A DNA stretch of 56,466 nt from assembly GCA_029210695.1 (NCBI GenBank), contig JARGFH010000004.1, forward strand, positions 62,001 through 118,466, given 5' to 3'. The first letter of the stretch is position 1. Each line of letters begins with the position of its first letter. The notes under the pieces were generated by a model, which saw only the letters and a list, made by a program, of their open reading frames with translations, made no database searches and was not told the origin of the DNA. Of this stretch, positions 1 to 8,411 are shown piece after piece. The position numbers were made by a program, and so were the translations under genes. Source of the DNA: Acidimicrobiia bacterium (GTDB lineage: Bacteria > Actinomycetota > Acidimicrobiia > Spongiisociales > JAHEDJ01).

Positions 1-685
1 TCGTCAGACGCCCGGCCCGGTCGTACAGCGAAACCACCACATGCGGTTCGATCGCGCAGTGCGCGTAGCGGGGCACCTCGTAGGTGTCTTCGAGGACCAG
101 GTCGGCCTCGGCGAAACCTTCCTCGACGTCGCCTTTGCGCGTCTTCCGCCAGTGGGCGATGTTCGTGCCTTCGTGCGGGAAGAACCATGGGACATGCGGG
201 TAGTCCGCCAGGTCGGGGTGGAGAAGTGGAGCTTCCTCGGTGGCGGCAAACACCGGATCGAAGACCGGAGGCAGAACCTCGTATTCGACCTCGACGAGTT
301 TGGCTGCTCGCTTGGCGATCCCCTCGTCACGGGCCACGACGGCCGCCACCTGTTCGCCTACAAAGCGGACGCGGTCCTGGGCGAACACGAAGCGGTCCTT
401 CATGTAGAGGCCGAACCCGAACGGGAAGTCGGCGCCGGTGACGACCTTCACGACACCCGGAACGGCTTCTGCCCTGGCAGTATCGATCCGCTTGATCAGG
501 GCGTGCGCATGCGGTGCTTCCACGATTTCAGCAAACAGCAGGTCGGGGCCGAAGTCGAAGTCGTCGACGTATCGGGCGGCTCCACTCACCTTTTCGAGAC
601 CGTCGATGCGGGTAGGGGATTTGCCGACGAAGGTGAGTTCCCGTTCATCGGTATCGGTTTCGAACGGCCGGCGGGTGATCGTCAT
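1..685 (-). CDS. Xanthine dehydrogenase/CoxL-family molybdopterin-binding large subunit (5' part only, runs off the window)
   Basis: Not in the ORF track because it has no stop in the window. Hand translation from ATG at 685 gives MTITRRPFETDTDERELTFVGKSPTRIDGLEKVSGAARYVDD...PHAHALIKRIDTARAEAVPGVVKVVTG...DRVRFVGEQVAAVVA. ATGA overlap with the 2Fe-2S gene. Confidence 0.92.
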   Translation of the reverse strand, partial: MTITRRPFETDTDERELTFVGKSPTRIDGLEKVSGAARYVDDFDFGPDLLFAEIVEAPHAHALIKRIDTARAEAVPGVVKVVTGADFPFGFGLYMKDRFVFAQDRVRFVGEQVAAVVARDEGIAKRAAKLVEVEYEVLPPVFDPVFAATEEAPLLHPDLADYPHVPWFFPHEGTNIAHWRKTRKGDVEEGFAEADLVLEDTYEVPRYAHCAIEPHVVVSLYDRAGRLT

Positions 686-1152
686 GATCGGGCCTCCTCG
701 GCGGCTGCCATTACCGCGTCGAGGATCGGCTCGTACCCGGTGCACCTGCACAGGTTGCCGGCCAGAGCGTGCTGGACGTCGTGGCGCGACGGATTCGGGT
801 TGTCGCGCAGGAGTTCGTGTGCACCGAGCACGATGCCTGGTGCACAGAATCCGCACTGGAAGGAGTTGTGGCTGATGAACAGATCCTGAAGGTTGCTCAG
901 GACGCCGTTCTCCGGAATGCCCTCCACTGTGATGATCTCGTGGCCGTCGGCCTCAACCGCGAGCATGAGGCAGGAACGGATGCTGCGGCCGTCGAACAGC
1001 ACGGTGCAAGTTCCGCAGTCTCCACGTTCGCAGCCGATCTTGGCGCCTTTTGCGCCGACCCTGTTGCGGATTACGTCGAGTAGAACTTCGTTCGGTTCGA
1101 CGTCCAGGGGCCATGTTTCACCGTTGACGATCATCGTGATCGGTAGCTTCAT
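682..1152 (-). CDS. CoxS/XdhC-type (2Fe-2S)x2 small subunit
   Basis: GCERGDCGTC...C and QCGFC...GNLCRCTGY motifs. Confidence 0.95.
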   Translation of the reverse strand: MKLPITMIVNGETWPLDVEPNEVLLDVIRNRVGAKGAKIGCERGDCGTCTVLFDGRSIRSCLMLAVEADGHEIITVEGIPENGVLSNLQDLFISHNSFQCGFCAPGIVLGAHELLRDNPNPSRHDVQHALAGNLCRCTGYEPILDAVMAAAEEARS

Positions 1153-1161
1153 GTCATCCCC

Positions 1162-2052
1162 TCAGATCAGCCGGGTTCCGTAGGCCGGGCCGGTTCCGTC
1201 GCGCCTGGCGACGGCTGCGGGGAGCCCTCGCTCCAGCATCACTTCGCAGATGCGAGCCCGGTATTCCTTGGTGGCCCGCATGTCGGTGATGGGGGAGATC
1301 GCGCCGGGGACCAGGCCGACCGCTGCCGCGATCAGCTCATCGGTGAGTTCTCTCCCGTTGAGCGTCTCTTCGACGGCGTGGGCGCGGGCCGGGATCGGCC
1401 CGACTGCTCCGAACGCCACACGGAAGTCGTTGTCTCCCGTCACCAGGACGGTGACGCCGGCCTGTGATAGATCCTCACCCTGATACCGCTGCAGTTTGAG
1501 GTAGATCGCACCGTGCGGAGGCGGGGGAATCGGGATGGATAGGCCAGTCACGATCTCTCCTCCGGCCAGTGCCGTCTTGTGCGGACCAAGGAACCACTCT
1601 TCGATCGGGACGGTCCGGGCCCCGGCCGGTCCCAGCACCGCCACGGAGGTGTCCAGCACTAGAAGCGTAGGACCGGCGTCACAGGACGGGACGGCCGAAC
1701 AGATGTTGCCGATGACGGTGGCCCGGTTGCGAATGCCGGGGGAGGCGACGGTGTCTGCCATCTCGAAGAGGATGGGGAGGTGGTCGTGAACGAGATCGGA
1801 GGTGAGGAGATCAGAGAATGTGACGAGGGGGCCGAGGAAGATGTGGTCGCCTTCGAGCGAGATTGTGTTGAGTCCGTCGATGGCCTTGATGTCGACGACG
1901 AGATCCGGGTGGATGGCATCGTCACGCAGCCATGGGACGAGATCGGTTCCGCCGGCGAGTATTCGGGCATCGGGTCCGGCGCGGGTGATGGCCTCGACCG
2001 CCTCGTCGAGCGTCGCGACCTTCTGGTAGGCGAACTGGTGGGCGATCGCCAT
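1162..2052 (-). CDS. CoxM/XdhB-type FAD-binding medium subunit
   Basis: ILAGGTDL, IRNRATVIGN and ISPITDMRATKEYR motifs. Start MAIAHQ follows a GGAGG RBS. Confidence 0.93.
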   Translation of the reverse strand: MAIAHQFAYQKVATLDEAVEAITRAGPDARILAGGTDLVPWLRDDAIHPDLVVDIKAIDGLNTISLEGDHIFLGPLVTFSDLLTSDLVHDHLPILFEMADTVASPGIRNRATVIGNICSAVPSCDAGPTLLVLDTSVAVLGPAGARTVPIEEWFLGPHKTALAGGEIVTGLSIPIPPPPHGAIYLKLQRYQGEDLSQAGVTVLVTGDNDFRVAFGAVGPIPARAHAVEETLNGRELTDELIAAAVGLVPGAISPITDMRATKEYRARICEVMLERGLPAAVARRDGTGPAYGTRLI

Positions 2053-2264
2053 CGTTGCCCCTCCTTGCCTTGTTGTTGCAGAACTCAACCTACCCGGCAG
2101 CTGCCGATTCCATCACGCTATGACGTGAGGGATCCGGGTCAACAGGGCCGAACGGCTGAATTTGCAGGCTCGTCGGTCACCGACTGGAGGGTTTCAACTT
2201 TCTCCGCAATGCTGTGTATCGAAAACCGACCACTGCATTGCGGAGAACCCGGTTTCACTGCCTT

Positions 2265-3668
2265 TCACCGCACCCCGTCCGCCAGTGCAACCACGGCTTC
2301 TGCGAAGCATTGCATCGGTGCCTTCACGAGACCGGCGCCGACCATGCCGATGCCTGGGTCTTTGTGGGCAATGCCCGTGTTGATCTGTGGTTGCACGCCG
2401 GTTCGTACCACCAGCGTGGCGTCGATCCCGACCGGGGTTCCCCGGAACTCGAGTTGGGGGATCTGGTAGGCGGGGTGCTCGGCCAGGGTGATCTCATACA
2501 TTTCCTGCGTGCGGCGTACCGCGCCGGAGGCCGTTCCACCGACGAACCCGACGATGGCCGGTGAGGCGGCCATGGCGAATCCACCCAGACCGACCGTCTC
2601 GGTGATGGCCGAGTCACCGATGTCCGGGTTGGCGTCGGCCTTGGTGAAGGCACCCAGAAACAGACCGTCCACGATCGGCGCCGGAGCAGTGAACCATCGA
2701 TCTCCGGTCCCGGAGAGGCGAATGCCGAAGTCGGTGCCGTTGCGGGCCATCGTGGTCACCAGGCTCGAACCCTCGACGCCCGACGCCGCATCCACCGCCA
2801 GTTTTCCGGCCGCCATCACCAGATTGAGCATGAAGTGGTCGTTGCTCTCGATGAACCGGAACACGGCTCCGCGCTCGGCGAGCGGCACCGACTCGTTCTC
2901 CACGAGTCCCGGCCCGAACATCCGCAGCAGCAGCGAGGTGGCAGCCCGGTTCCGATTGTGGCCATCGTCGCCCATTTGCAACGCCTGGGCGATGAGCGAC
3001 TGGAGGTCGATCGGACCGACGTACTTCAGTGTGGCGGCCACGACCGGACCGAGGACGTTGCCGATCCAGTGGAGCCGTTCGATGACCTCAGGCCCATACG
3101 CTCCGTAGCGGAGCACTTTGCCGAGCCCTTCGTTGAGCGTGGAGTAGGCAACTCCGTCTCCATCGGCGTCGCGCACGACTGCGACCGGCATCGAAGGCGA
3201 CACGATTCCCGCCATCGGCCCGACCGTCTGATGATGGTGACAAGGCGACATGGTGATTCCACCCCCGCCGGCAATCTCCTCTGCCTCTTCCGCGGTGGCG
3301 GCCATTCCCTCGTACAGCAGCGCTCCGATGATTGCCCCCTTGATAGGCCCGCTGCTGCGGTCCCAGGTCAAAGGAGGTCCTGCGTGGAGGAGCATCGTGT
3401 CGGTCATTCCGGGGATGACTTCGCGGGCGACGGCCACATCGACGAACTGCGGACGCACCGCCAGCATCCGCTCGATGGCCGTTGCGTTGGCCGCTTCGGT
3501 GCGGCCGGCCGCCGCCAGGGAGGCGAGCGCATCTGCGGTTCCGGCGGCCGGTGGCCTCCATTCCGCAGCTGCGATCGTGGTGGCCTGGTCGACGAGCGCC
3601 TGCCCGAGGATCTCGACCCCGGCGGTGGCAACGATCAGTTCGTCCTCAAGCAGGCGTTCGAGACTCAT
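2265..3668 (-). CDS. DUF1116 protein (YlbE/YahG; AllG-like oxamate carbamoyltransferase subunit)
   Basis: LLHAGPP, PCHHHQTVGPMAG, NEGLGKVLRYGA, MGDDGHNRN, RNGTDFGIR, DIGDSAITET and INTGIAH motifs. N-terminal WRPPAAG segment. Confidence 0.9.
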   Translation of the reverse strand: MSLERLLEDELIVATAGVEILGQALVDQATTIAAAEWRPPAAGTADALASLAAAGRTEAANATAIERMLAVRPQFVDVAVAREVIPGMTDTMLLHAGPPLTWDRSSGPIKGAIIGALLYEGMAATAEEAEEIAGGGGITMSPCHHHQTVGPMAGIVSPSMPVAVVRDADGDGVAYSTLNEGLGKVLRYGAYGPEVIERLHWIGNVLGPVVAATLKYVGPIDLQSLIAQALQMGDDGHNRNRAATSLLLRMFGPGLVENESVPLAERGAVFRFIESNDHFMLNLVMAAGKLAVDAASGVEGSSLVTTMARNGTDFGIRLSGTGDRWFTAPAPIVDGLFLGAFTKADANPDIGDSAITETVGLGGFAMAASPAIVGFVGGTASGAVRRTQEMYEITLAEHPAYQIPQLEFRGTPVGIDATLVVRTGVQPQINTGIAHKDPGIGMVGAGLVKAPMQCFAEAVVALADGVR

Positions 3669-5092
3669 GCTTCACCTCCCACCAATTCTGCCGCCCGGGT
3701 TGCCGCGGCCGCGTTCGAAAGGAACACCGCCGCCCCGGCCTTTTGAAGTAGACCGGCCTGATAGTCGAGGCCTTGCGGGTCGCCTTTCGACCCGCACAGG
3801 GTTGCCACGACGGCAATACCTGCCCCGCTGAGTTCTCGAATGACCGGCGCCAGTTCCACAGCCGGATCGGGATTCGCTCCGTAGCCGAGTACCACGTCGA
3901 GCAGAACCACACCGATCGAGGTGTTGGTCACGGTCGATTCGAGGCGCTCGAGTCGTACCGTCTGGTCGATCATCGGATGGGCTCGGCCTTCCGTATACAA
4001 ATCGTCTCCGTAGTCGACCAGGGACGAGCCCTCAGTCGTCTCGGTGAGGAACAGGGGTCCGATTACCGGCTCGACGATGAACCGGGCCTCGTCGCGCAGG
4101 GTTCCGCCGGAGAACAGACCGCGCAGGCCTCCCGACCTGTGATCACCACTCGCAGCCGGCCAGATCGTGAAGGTGGCGGGCTCCCTACCCAGGAGCGAAA
4201 GGACCGCGTTGGCGGCTCCTTCGAGCGTCGACCCCGGCTCCATGAAGGCGACGACGACCGGTGTGGAACAATGGGCGGCGGCGGCGCGGACGGCGGTTGC
4301 CACTTCTGTGGCCGGCGGCTTCGAGACGACCACGATCACGTCGGTGCCCGGATCGGCGTCGAGGGCCGTCAAGCCGCGCAGTGTCGACGACCCTCCCACC
4401 GCCTCAGACAAATCCCGGCTCCCGGTGCCCCAGGCGTGGCGGATTCCCACTCCGGCGTCGTCGAGGAGGCACGTGAGCTGCTGAATGCCGGTCCCGGAAG
4501 CTCCGACCAGGCTCACCGACCCCGGCCGTACGGCGTTGGCAAACCCGAGGCCGATGCCGCCCACGATCGATGTGCCGCAATCGGGACCCATGACGAGGAG
4601 ATCCCGCTTTGCCGCCTCCTCCTTGAGGAGAATCTCGTGCTCGATTGAAACGTTGTCGCTGAATACCATCACATGTAGACCAGCCCGCAGAGCTCCCATC
4701 GCTTCGACAAAGGCATAACGGCCGGGAATCGAGATCAGGGCCAGATTGGCCCCGATGGTCGCAGCCGCCGTTTCGACGAGATGCGCCGGCGGCGAGTCGG
4801 TGGGTTCGGAAGATCCCCGCTTGGCGGCGAGTGCCTCCTCGAGAACCTGGTCGGTGGTGGCGAGCGCAGCTTCGTCCACCGCCCGCACCGCCACGATCAG
4901 ATCGTTCGGTCCCACCCCGACCAACTGCTCCGGGTCGAAATGCAGATCTTCGAGGAGTGTCAGGTTGAGCTCGGTTCCCATCGCCACCAGGGCCTCCTCG
5001 ACACCCGCCGCCGTGCGCAGGACCTGGCTGGCCTGCATGAGCCGGACGGAGTCGTGATAGCGGCCCGAGTGGACGGTGATACGGTCGATCAT
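3665..5092 (-). CDS. fdrA: FdrA family acyl-CoA synthetase-like protein (AllF-like)
   Basis: YHDSVRLM, ISIPGRYA, FSDNVS, MGPDCGT, GASGTGIQ, GLFSGGTL, GRAHPMID and LLDVVLGYG motifs. Confidence 0.9.
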   Translation of the reverse strand: MIDRITVHSGRYHDSVRLMQASQVLRTAAGVEEALVAMGTELNLTLLEDLHFDPEQLVGVGPNDLIVAVRAVDEAALATTDQVLEEALAAKRGSSEPTDSPPAHLVETAAATIGANLALISIPGRYAFVEAMGALRAGLHVMVFSDNVSIEHEILLKEEAAKRDLLVMGPDCGTSIVGGIGLGFANAVRPGSVSLVGASGTGIQQLTCLLDDAGVGIRHAWGTGSRDLSEAVGGSSTLRGLTALDADPGTDVIVVVSKPPATEVATAVRAAAAHCSTPVVVAFMEPGSTLEGAANAVLSLLGREPATFTIWPAASGDHRSGGLRGLFSGGTLRDEARFIVEPVIGPLFLTETTEGSSLVDYGDDLYTEGRAHPMIDQTVRLERLESTVTNTSIGVVLLDVVLGYGANPDPAVELAPVIRELSGAGIAVVATLCGSKGDPQGLDYQAGLLQKAGAAVFLSNAAAATRAAELVGGEA

Positions 5093-5910
5093 GAGTCATT
5101 CTCCCGGGTGAGTGCAGAGCCGCCGATCCAAAGGCCGGCCGCCAGGGCGGCGCCCGACGAGTGACCGACGGCGATGAGGCGGTTCGTGGCCGACGTGAGG
5201 TCACCCCGCCCCGTCAAGGCGCACAGGACCTGTGCGAAGGGGAGAGCGACCCTGCCTCGGAGAGCGTGGCGGATCAACGCCCCCGAGAAGCTGGTTGTGC
5301 GGGTTCTGGTCAGATCGTCGAGTGGACGGATGAGGCGCTCGAAGTAGGGCAGGTGGCGGCCCAGTGCGCCGCCGAGCAGAAGGTGCGAAGCGAGCGCTCC
5401 TGCTACAACGTCGTCGCCTTCTGGAGTCAGACCCTCTCCCTTACCGAGCAGCATCAGGGAGCTACTGAGCACTGCTTCGGCATCCTCATCGGTGAGCGCC
5501 TCGAGCAGCCCCGAACCGTCTACCGGGCCGATCGTCAGGCGCAGCCTCTCCAGGTTCGTCCGCAGCTGGGACTTCTCACACCGACCGAGGGATGGTCGGG
5601 GATCGAACCAGCGACGGGCTTGCGCGGTGAGGCTCCCAACGCGGATCATGCCGTCCCCCACGGAGACGGCATCATCGCTGCCGATCCACCGCCCGAGTTC
5701 TTCCACGGCCAGCTCGAGGGCGTTCGGTAGACGGACGGCGGCGCGGTCGGACACCACGATCGCCTCATCGCCCGTCCCCATCCAGGCAGCATGATCGGAG
5801 ACGCCGAGCAAGGTGGCCGCCTGAACGGGTCCCGTCAGCAACGGTTGCAGCGCAACACTCGCTATCGCGGCGAGTTGAACGGTCGCGGCGGGAGTCGTCG
5901 ACCCGTGCAC
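5089..5910 (-). CDS. DUF2877 protein (YlbF/AllH-like)
   Basis: LLGKGEGLTPEGDDVVAG, RTTSFS and VGHSSG motifs. Translationally coupled to fdrA. Confidence 0.85.
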   Translation of the reverse strand: MHGSTTPAATVQLAAIASVALQPLLTGPVQAATLLGVSDHAAWMGTGDEAIVVSDRAAVRLPNALELAVEELGRWIGSDDAVSVGDGMIRVGSLTAQARRWFDPRPSLGRCEKSQLRTNLERLRLTIGPVDGSGLLEALTDEDAEAVLSSSLMLLGKGEGLTPEGDDVVAGALASHLLLGGALGRHLPYFERLIRPLDDLTRTRTTSFSGALIRHALRGRVALPFAQVLCALTGRGDLTSATNRLIAVGHSSGAALAAGLWIGGSALTRENDS

Positions 5911-5913
5911 CGA

Positions 5914-7005
5914 TCAGCCGTGATCGACGATGGCGATCATGGGGCCACCGCCGGAAGGACCTTGATGAAGTGCTCCGACGGACACGAAGACGGCCGGATC
6001 GCCGACCGCCGCCGAGACCACGCCACCGACCGTGCCCTTGATCTGGCGGTGATGATGCACGTCCGAGTCGTTGAGCATGACCTGGCGACGCCCGCGGACC
6101 CGGGAGGTCGGGTCGGCCTCGCACTTGCAGAACATGTTCACAACCCGGCCGTCGAGGTCTTCTGCCTTGGCCCGCTCGGGAATATCGAGACCGGCATTGC
6201 GGATCGCCTCGTAGACGGCTTCGATGTCCAGGGCGTCGTCCATGACGCTATGGCCGATTTGATACCGCCCGCCGACCCCGCGGGCGTTTCCGACGACCAC
6301 CGTCTGCGCCTGGTCGAGTTCAACACCGGACGAACATGATGCAACCGCGGAATAGAGGCTGAGGTCGTGACAGATCTGCTCGTTCGTCGGCATCTCGATC
6401 TCACCGAGCGCAACGGCGATTCCGAGCCCGGACGTGCCGTTGGAGATGTCCATGGAGCGGAGGGTCTCCTCGGTGATGACCGTGTTGCCGCGTGCCCTGG
6501 CCTGTACGATCGTCTCCATGGTGAGCAGAGGCGTTTTCGTTTGCACGTAGTGAACGTCGGCCGGATCGTCGATGCCGGCATTCTTCATGGCTCTCCGCAC
6601 GCCTTCGGCGACCTTCTCGACCATCGCCACCCGCCCGATGTCCTCGGGAAGGATCGCGTCGCTCATGGCGATTCCGACGGTGAGCCGCGGTTCGTCTGAT
6701 GGGGGCGCATCGACCCGGGCGAACACGGTCGCATGCGGGCACAGCACGCCGTCGACGCCGCCCGACCAAACCATCGGGATCTGCCCGACTTCCTCGACCG
6801 GGCGCGTGCCTTTCTCCATGAGCACTTTGCGGAAGGCTTGATCGGCGAGGATGCGGGTGAAGTCGTTCACACCGCCGTTCCCCTCGGTCTTGCCGACTAC
6901 TGCGATGACCTCATCTGCAGCGAATACACCTTCGTCGATGAGCGCCGCCAATCCGGACGCGTCCGAGACCCCTTCGAGGATGACCTTGCGTACCTCGATC
7001 GCCAT
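5914..7005 (-). CDS. bar: Barbiturase (cyanuric acid hydrolase/barbiturase ring-opening amidohydrolase family)
   Basis: [40 protein letters not shown] and [16 protein letters not shown]. These match barbiturase-type variants rather than AtzD-type (KCPLL, SRG, SGGxEHQGP). Confidence 0.88.
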   Translation of the reverse strand: MAIEVRKVILEGVSDASGLAALIDEGVFAADEVIAVVGKTEGNGGVNDFTRILADQAFRKVLMEKGTRPVEEVGQIPMVWSGGVDGVLCPHATVFARVDAPPSDEPRLTVGIAMSDAILPEDIGRVAMVEKVAEGVRRAMKNAGIDDPADVHYVQTKTPLLTMETIVQARARGNTVITEETLRSMDISNGTSGLGIAVALGEIEMPTNEQICHDLSLYSAVASCSSGVELDQAQTVVVGNARGVGGRYQIGHSVMDDALDIEAVYEAIRNAGLDIPERAKAEDLDGRVVNMFCKCEADPTSRVRGRRQVMLNDSDVHHHRQIKGTVGGVVSAAVGDPAVFVSVGALHQGPSGGGPMIAIVDHG

Positions 7006-7122
7006 GGCGCGATACCTCCTTCTCCGACTCTGAATCTGATCTGTCCATCATCGTCCCAACTCGTGACGCCGAATAGGGGCCTAGGTCACCGAATAGGTGA
7101 CGGGCGTGGCATTCTGTAGGGC

Positions 7123-7560
7123 ATGGATGCATTTCTGGAGGCCGCCATCGAAGAGGCACGCCTGGGGTTGGCCGAGGGTGGGATTCCGATCGGGTCGGTT
7201 CTCGTAGTGGATGGTGAGATCGTAGGCCGGGGGCATAACCGTCGTGTCCAACAGGGCAGCACTGTGTTGCACGCCGAGATGGACGCGCTCGAGAACGCCG
7301 GCCGGATGTCCGGCGCCGACTATCGCCGTTCTGTGCTCTATTCAACGTTGTCGCCGTGTGACATGTGTTCCGGTGCGGCGCTGCTGTACGGAATCCCGCG
7401 AATCGTCGTAGGGGAGAACCGGACGTTCCAGGGTCCGGAATCGTACGTGCGATCACGGGGCGTTGAAGTGGAAGTCGTCGATGATCCGTCTTGCGTGGCG
7501 ATGATGGAATCCTTCATTCGGGAGCACCCCGAACTGTGGAACGAGGACATCGGGGTTTGA
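7123..7560 (+). CDS. Cytosine deaminase, fungal FCY1-like zinc nucleoside/nucleobase deaminase
   Basis: EGGIPIGSVL, HAE...PCDMC, YGIPRIVVGEN and C-terminal WNEDIG. Confidence 0.85.
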   Translation: MDAFLEAAIEEARLGLAEGGIPIGSVLVVDGEIVGRGHNRRVQQGSTVLHAEMDALENAGRMSGADYRRSVLYSTLSPCDMCSGAALLYGIPRIVVGENRTFQGPESYVRSRGVEVEVVDDPSCVAMMESFIREHPELWNEDIGV

Positions 7561-7569
7561 GGAGGTTCG

Positions 7570-8256
7570 ATGAAGAGGATCGGATTGCTCGGCGGGATGA
7601 GCTGGGAGTCGTCGGTCGAGTACGAACGGATCATCAATGAAGAAGTGCGGTCCCGGCTCGGAGGTGTGCACTCGGCCGACCTGATCGTCAGATCGTACGA
7701 CTTTGCCGAGATCGAGAAGCTCCAGGAGCGTGGGGCCTGGGACGAAGCAGGAGAACTGCTGGCGGCCGATGCAGCTTCGCTCGAGGCGGCCGGCGCCGAG
7801 GTGATCCTCTTGTGCACGAACACCATGCACAAGGTGGCTGCATCCATCGAGGCGGCCATCACCGTTCCGTTCCTACACCTGGCGGACGCCACCGCCGAGG
7901 CCGTGCTGGCTGCCGGCGTGTCGAACGTCGCGTTGCTGGGCACGCGCTACACGATGGAGCAGGACTTCTACCGATCGCGGCTTGAGCGCCACGGCCTGGG
8001 GGTGCTGATTCCGGAAGAACCCGACCGAACGATGATCCACACCGTGATCTTCTCGGAGTTGGTCCGTGGTGTCATCACCGAGGAGTCGAGGGGGCAATAC
8101 CTGGCCGCCATCGACCGGTTGCTGGAGCGGGGCGCGCAGGGGGTCATTGCCGGATGCACCGAGATCGAGTTGCTGGTGTCATCCGGGGACCTCGAGTGCC
8201 CCTACTTCCCGACGACCCGCCTGCACGCCCTCGCCGCAGTCGATTTCGCGTTGTGA
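7570..8256 (+). CDS. Asp/Glu racemase family amino-acid racemase (YgeA/RacX-like)
   Basis: IGLLGGMSWESS, CTNTMH and GCTEI; both catalytic Cys present. Confidence 0.9.
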   Translation: MKRIGLLGGMSWESSVEYERIINEEVRSRLGGVHSADLIVRSYDFAEIEKLQERGAWDEAGELLAADAASLEAAGAEVILLCTNTMHKVAASIEAAITVPFLHLADATAEAVLAAGVSNVALLGTRYTMEQDFYRSRLERHGLGVLIPEEPDRTMIHTVIFSELVRGVITEESRGQYLAAIDRLLERGAQGVIAGCTEIELLVSSGDLECPYFPTTRLHALAAVDFAL

Positions 8257-8258
8257 AA

Positions 8259-8314
8259 CCCCGTTCTGGCGTTAGAAAGCGCGCAATTCTGGCGGGTTCC
8301 TGACGCCAGAAGGG
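8259..8314. repeat. ~56-bp palindromic REP-like element, copy 1
   Basis: CCCCGTTCTGGCGTTAGAAA...TTCCTGACGCCAGAAGGG; about 5 differences from the copy at 20162-20218; lies between convergent genes. Confidence 0.8.
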
Positions 8315-8321
8315 ACAAAAT

Positions 8322-8354
8322 GAGAGTTCCCCCGGAGAGGCCGGGGGAACTCTC
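8322..8354. terminator. 14-bp-stem hairpin, probable terminator between convergent genes
   Basis: GAGAGTTCCCCCGG-AGAGG-CCGGGGGAACTCTC. Confidence 0.6.
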
Positions 8355-8411
8355 TCCGGATGACTGGCCGGGGAAGGCCGGTGGCCGGGGGGCAAGCCAC
8401 CAGATGTGCCG

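Noticed and set aside
41..889. Long antisense ORFs (for example 41-889, 21748-23214, 34401-35579, 38680-39999)
   Set aside because: Shadow frames of well-supported genes in high-GC DNA, with no recognisable motifs.
5914..7005. Cyanuric acid hydrolase AtzD (s-triazine degradation)
   Set aside because: Diagnostic motifs are barbiturase-type, and no biuret or allophanate hydrolase is nearby.
7570..8256. Racemase as a hydantoin racemase or ureido-pathway enzyme
   Set aside because: The sequence is a standard YgeA/RacX-type amino-acid racemase. Only adjacency suggests a link.
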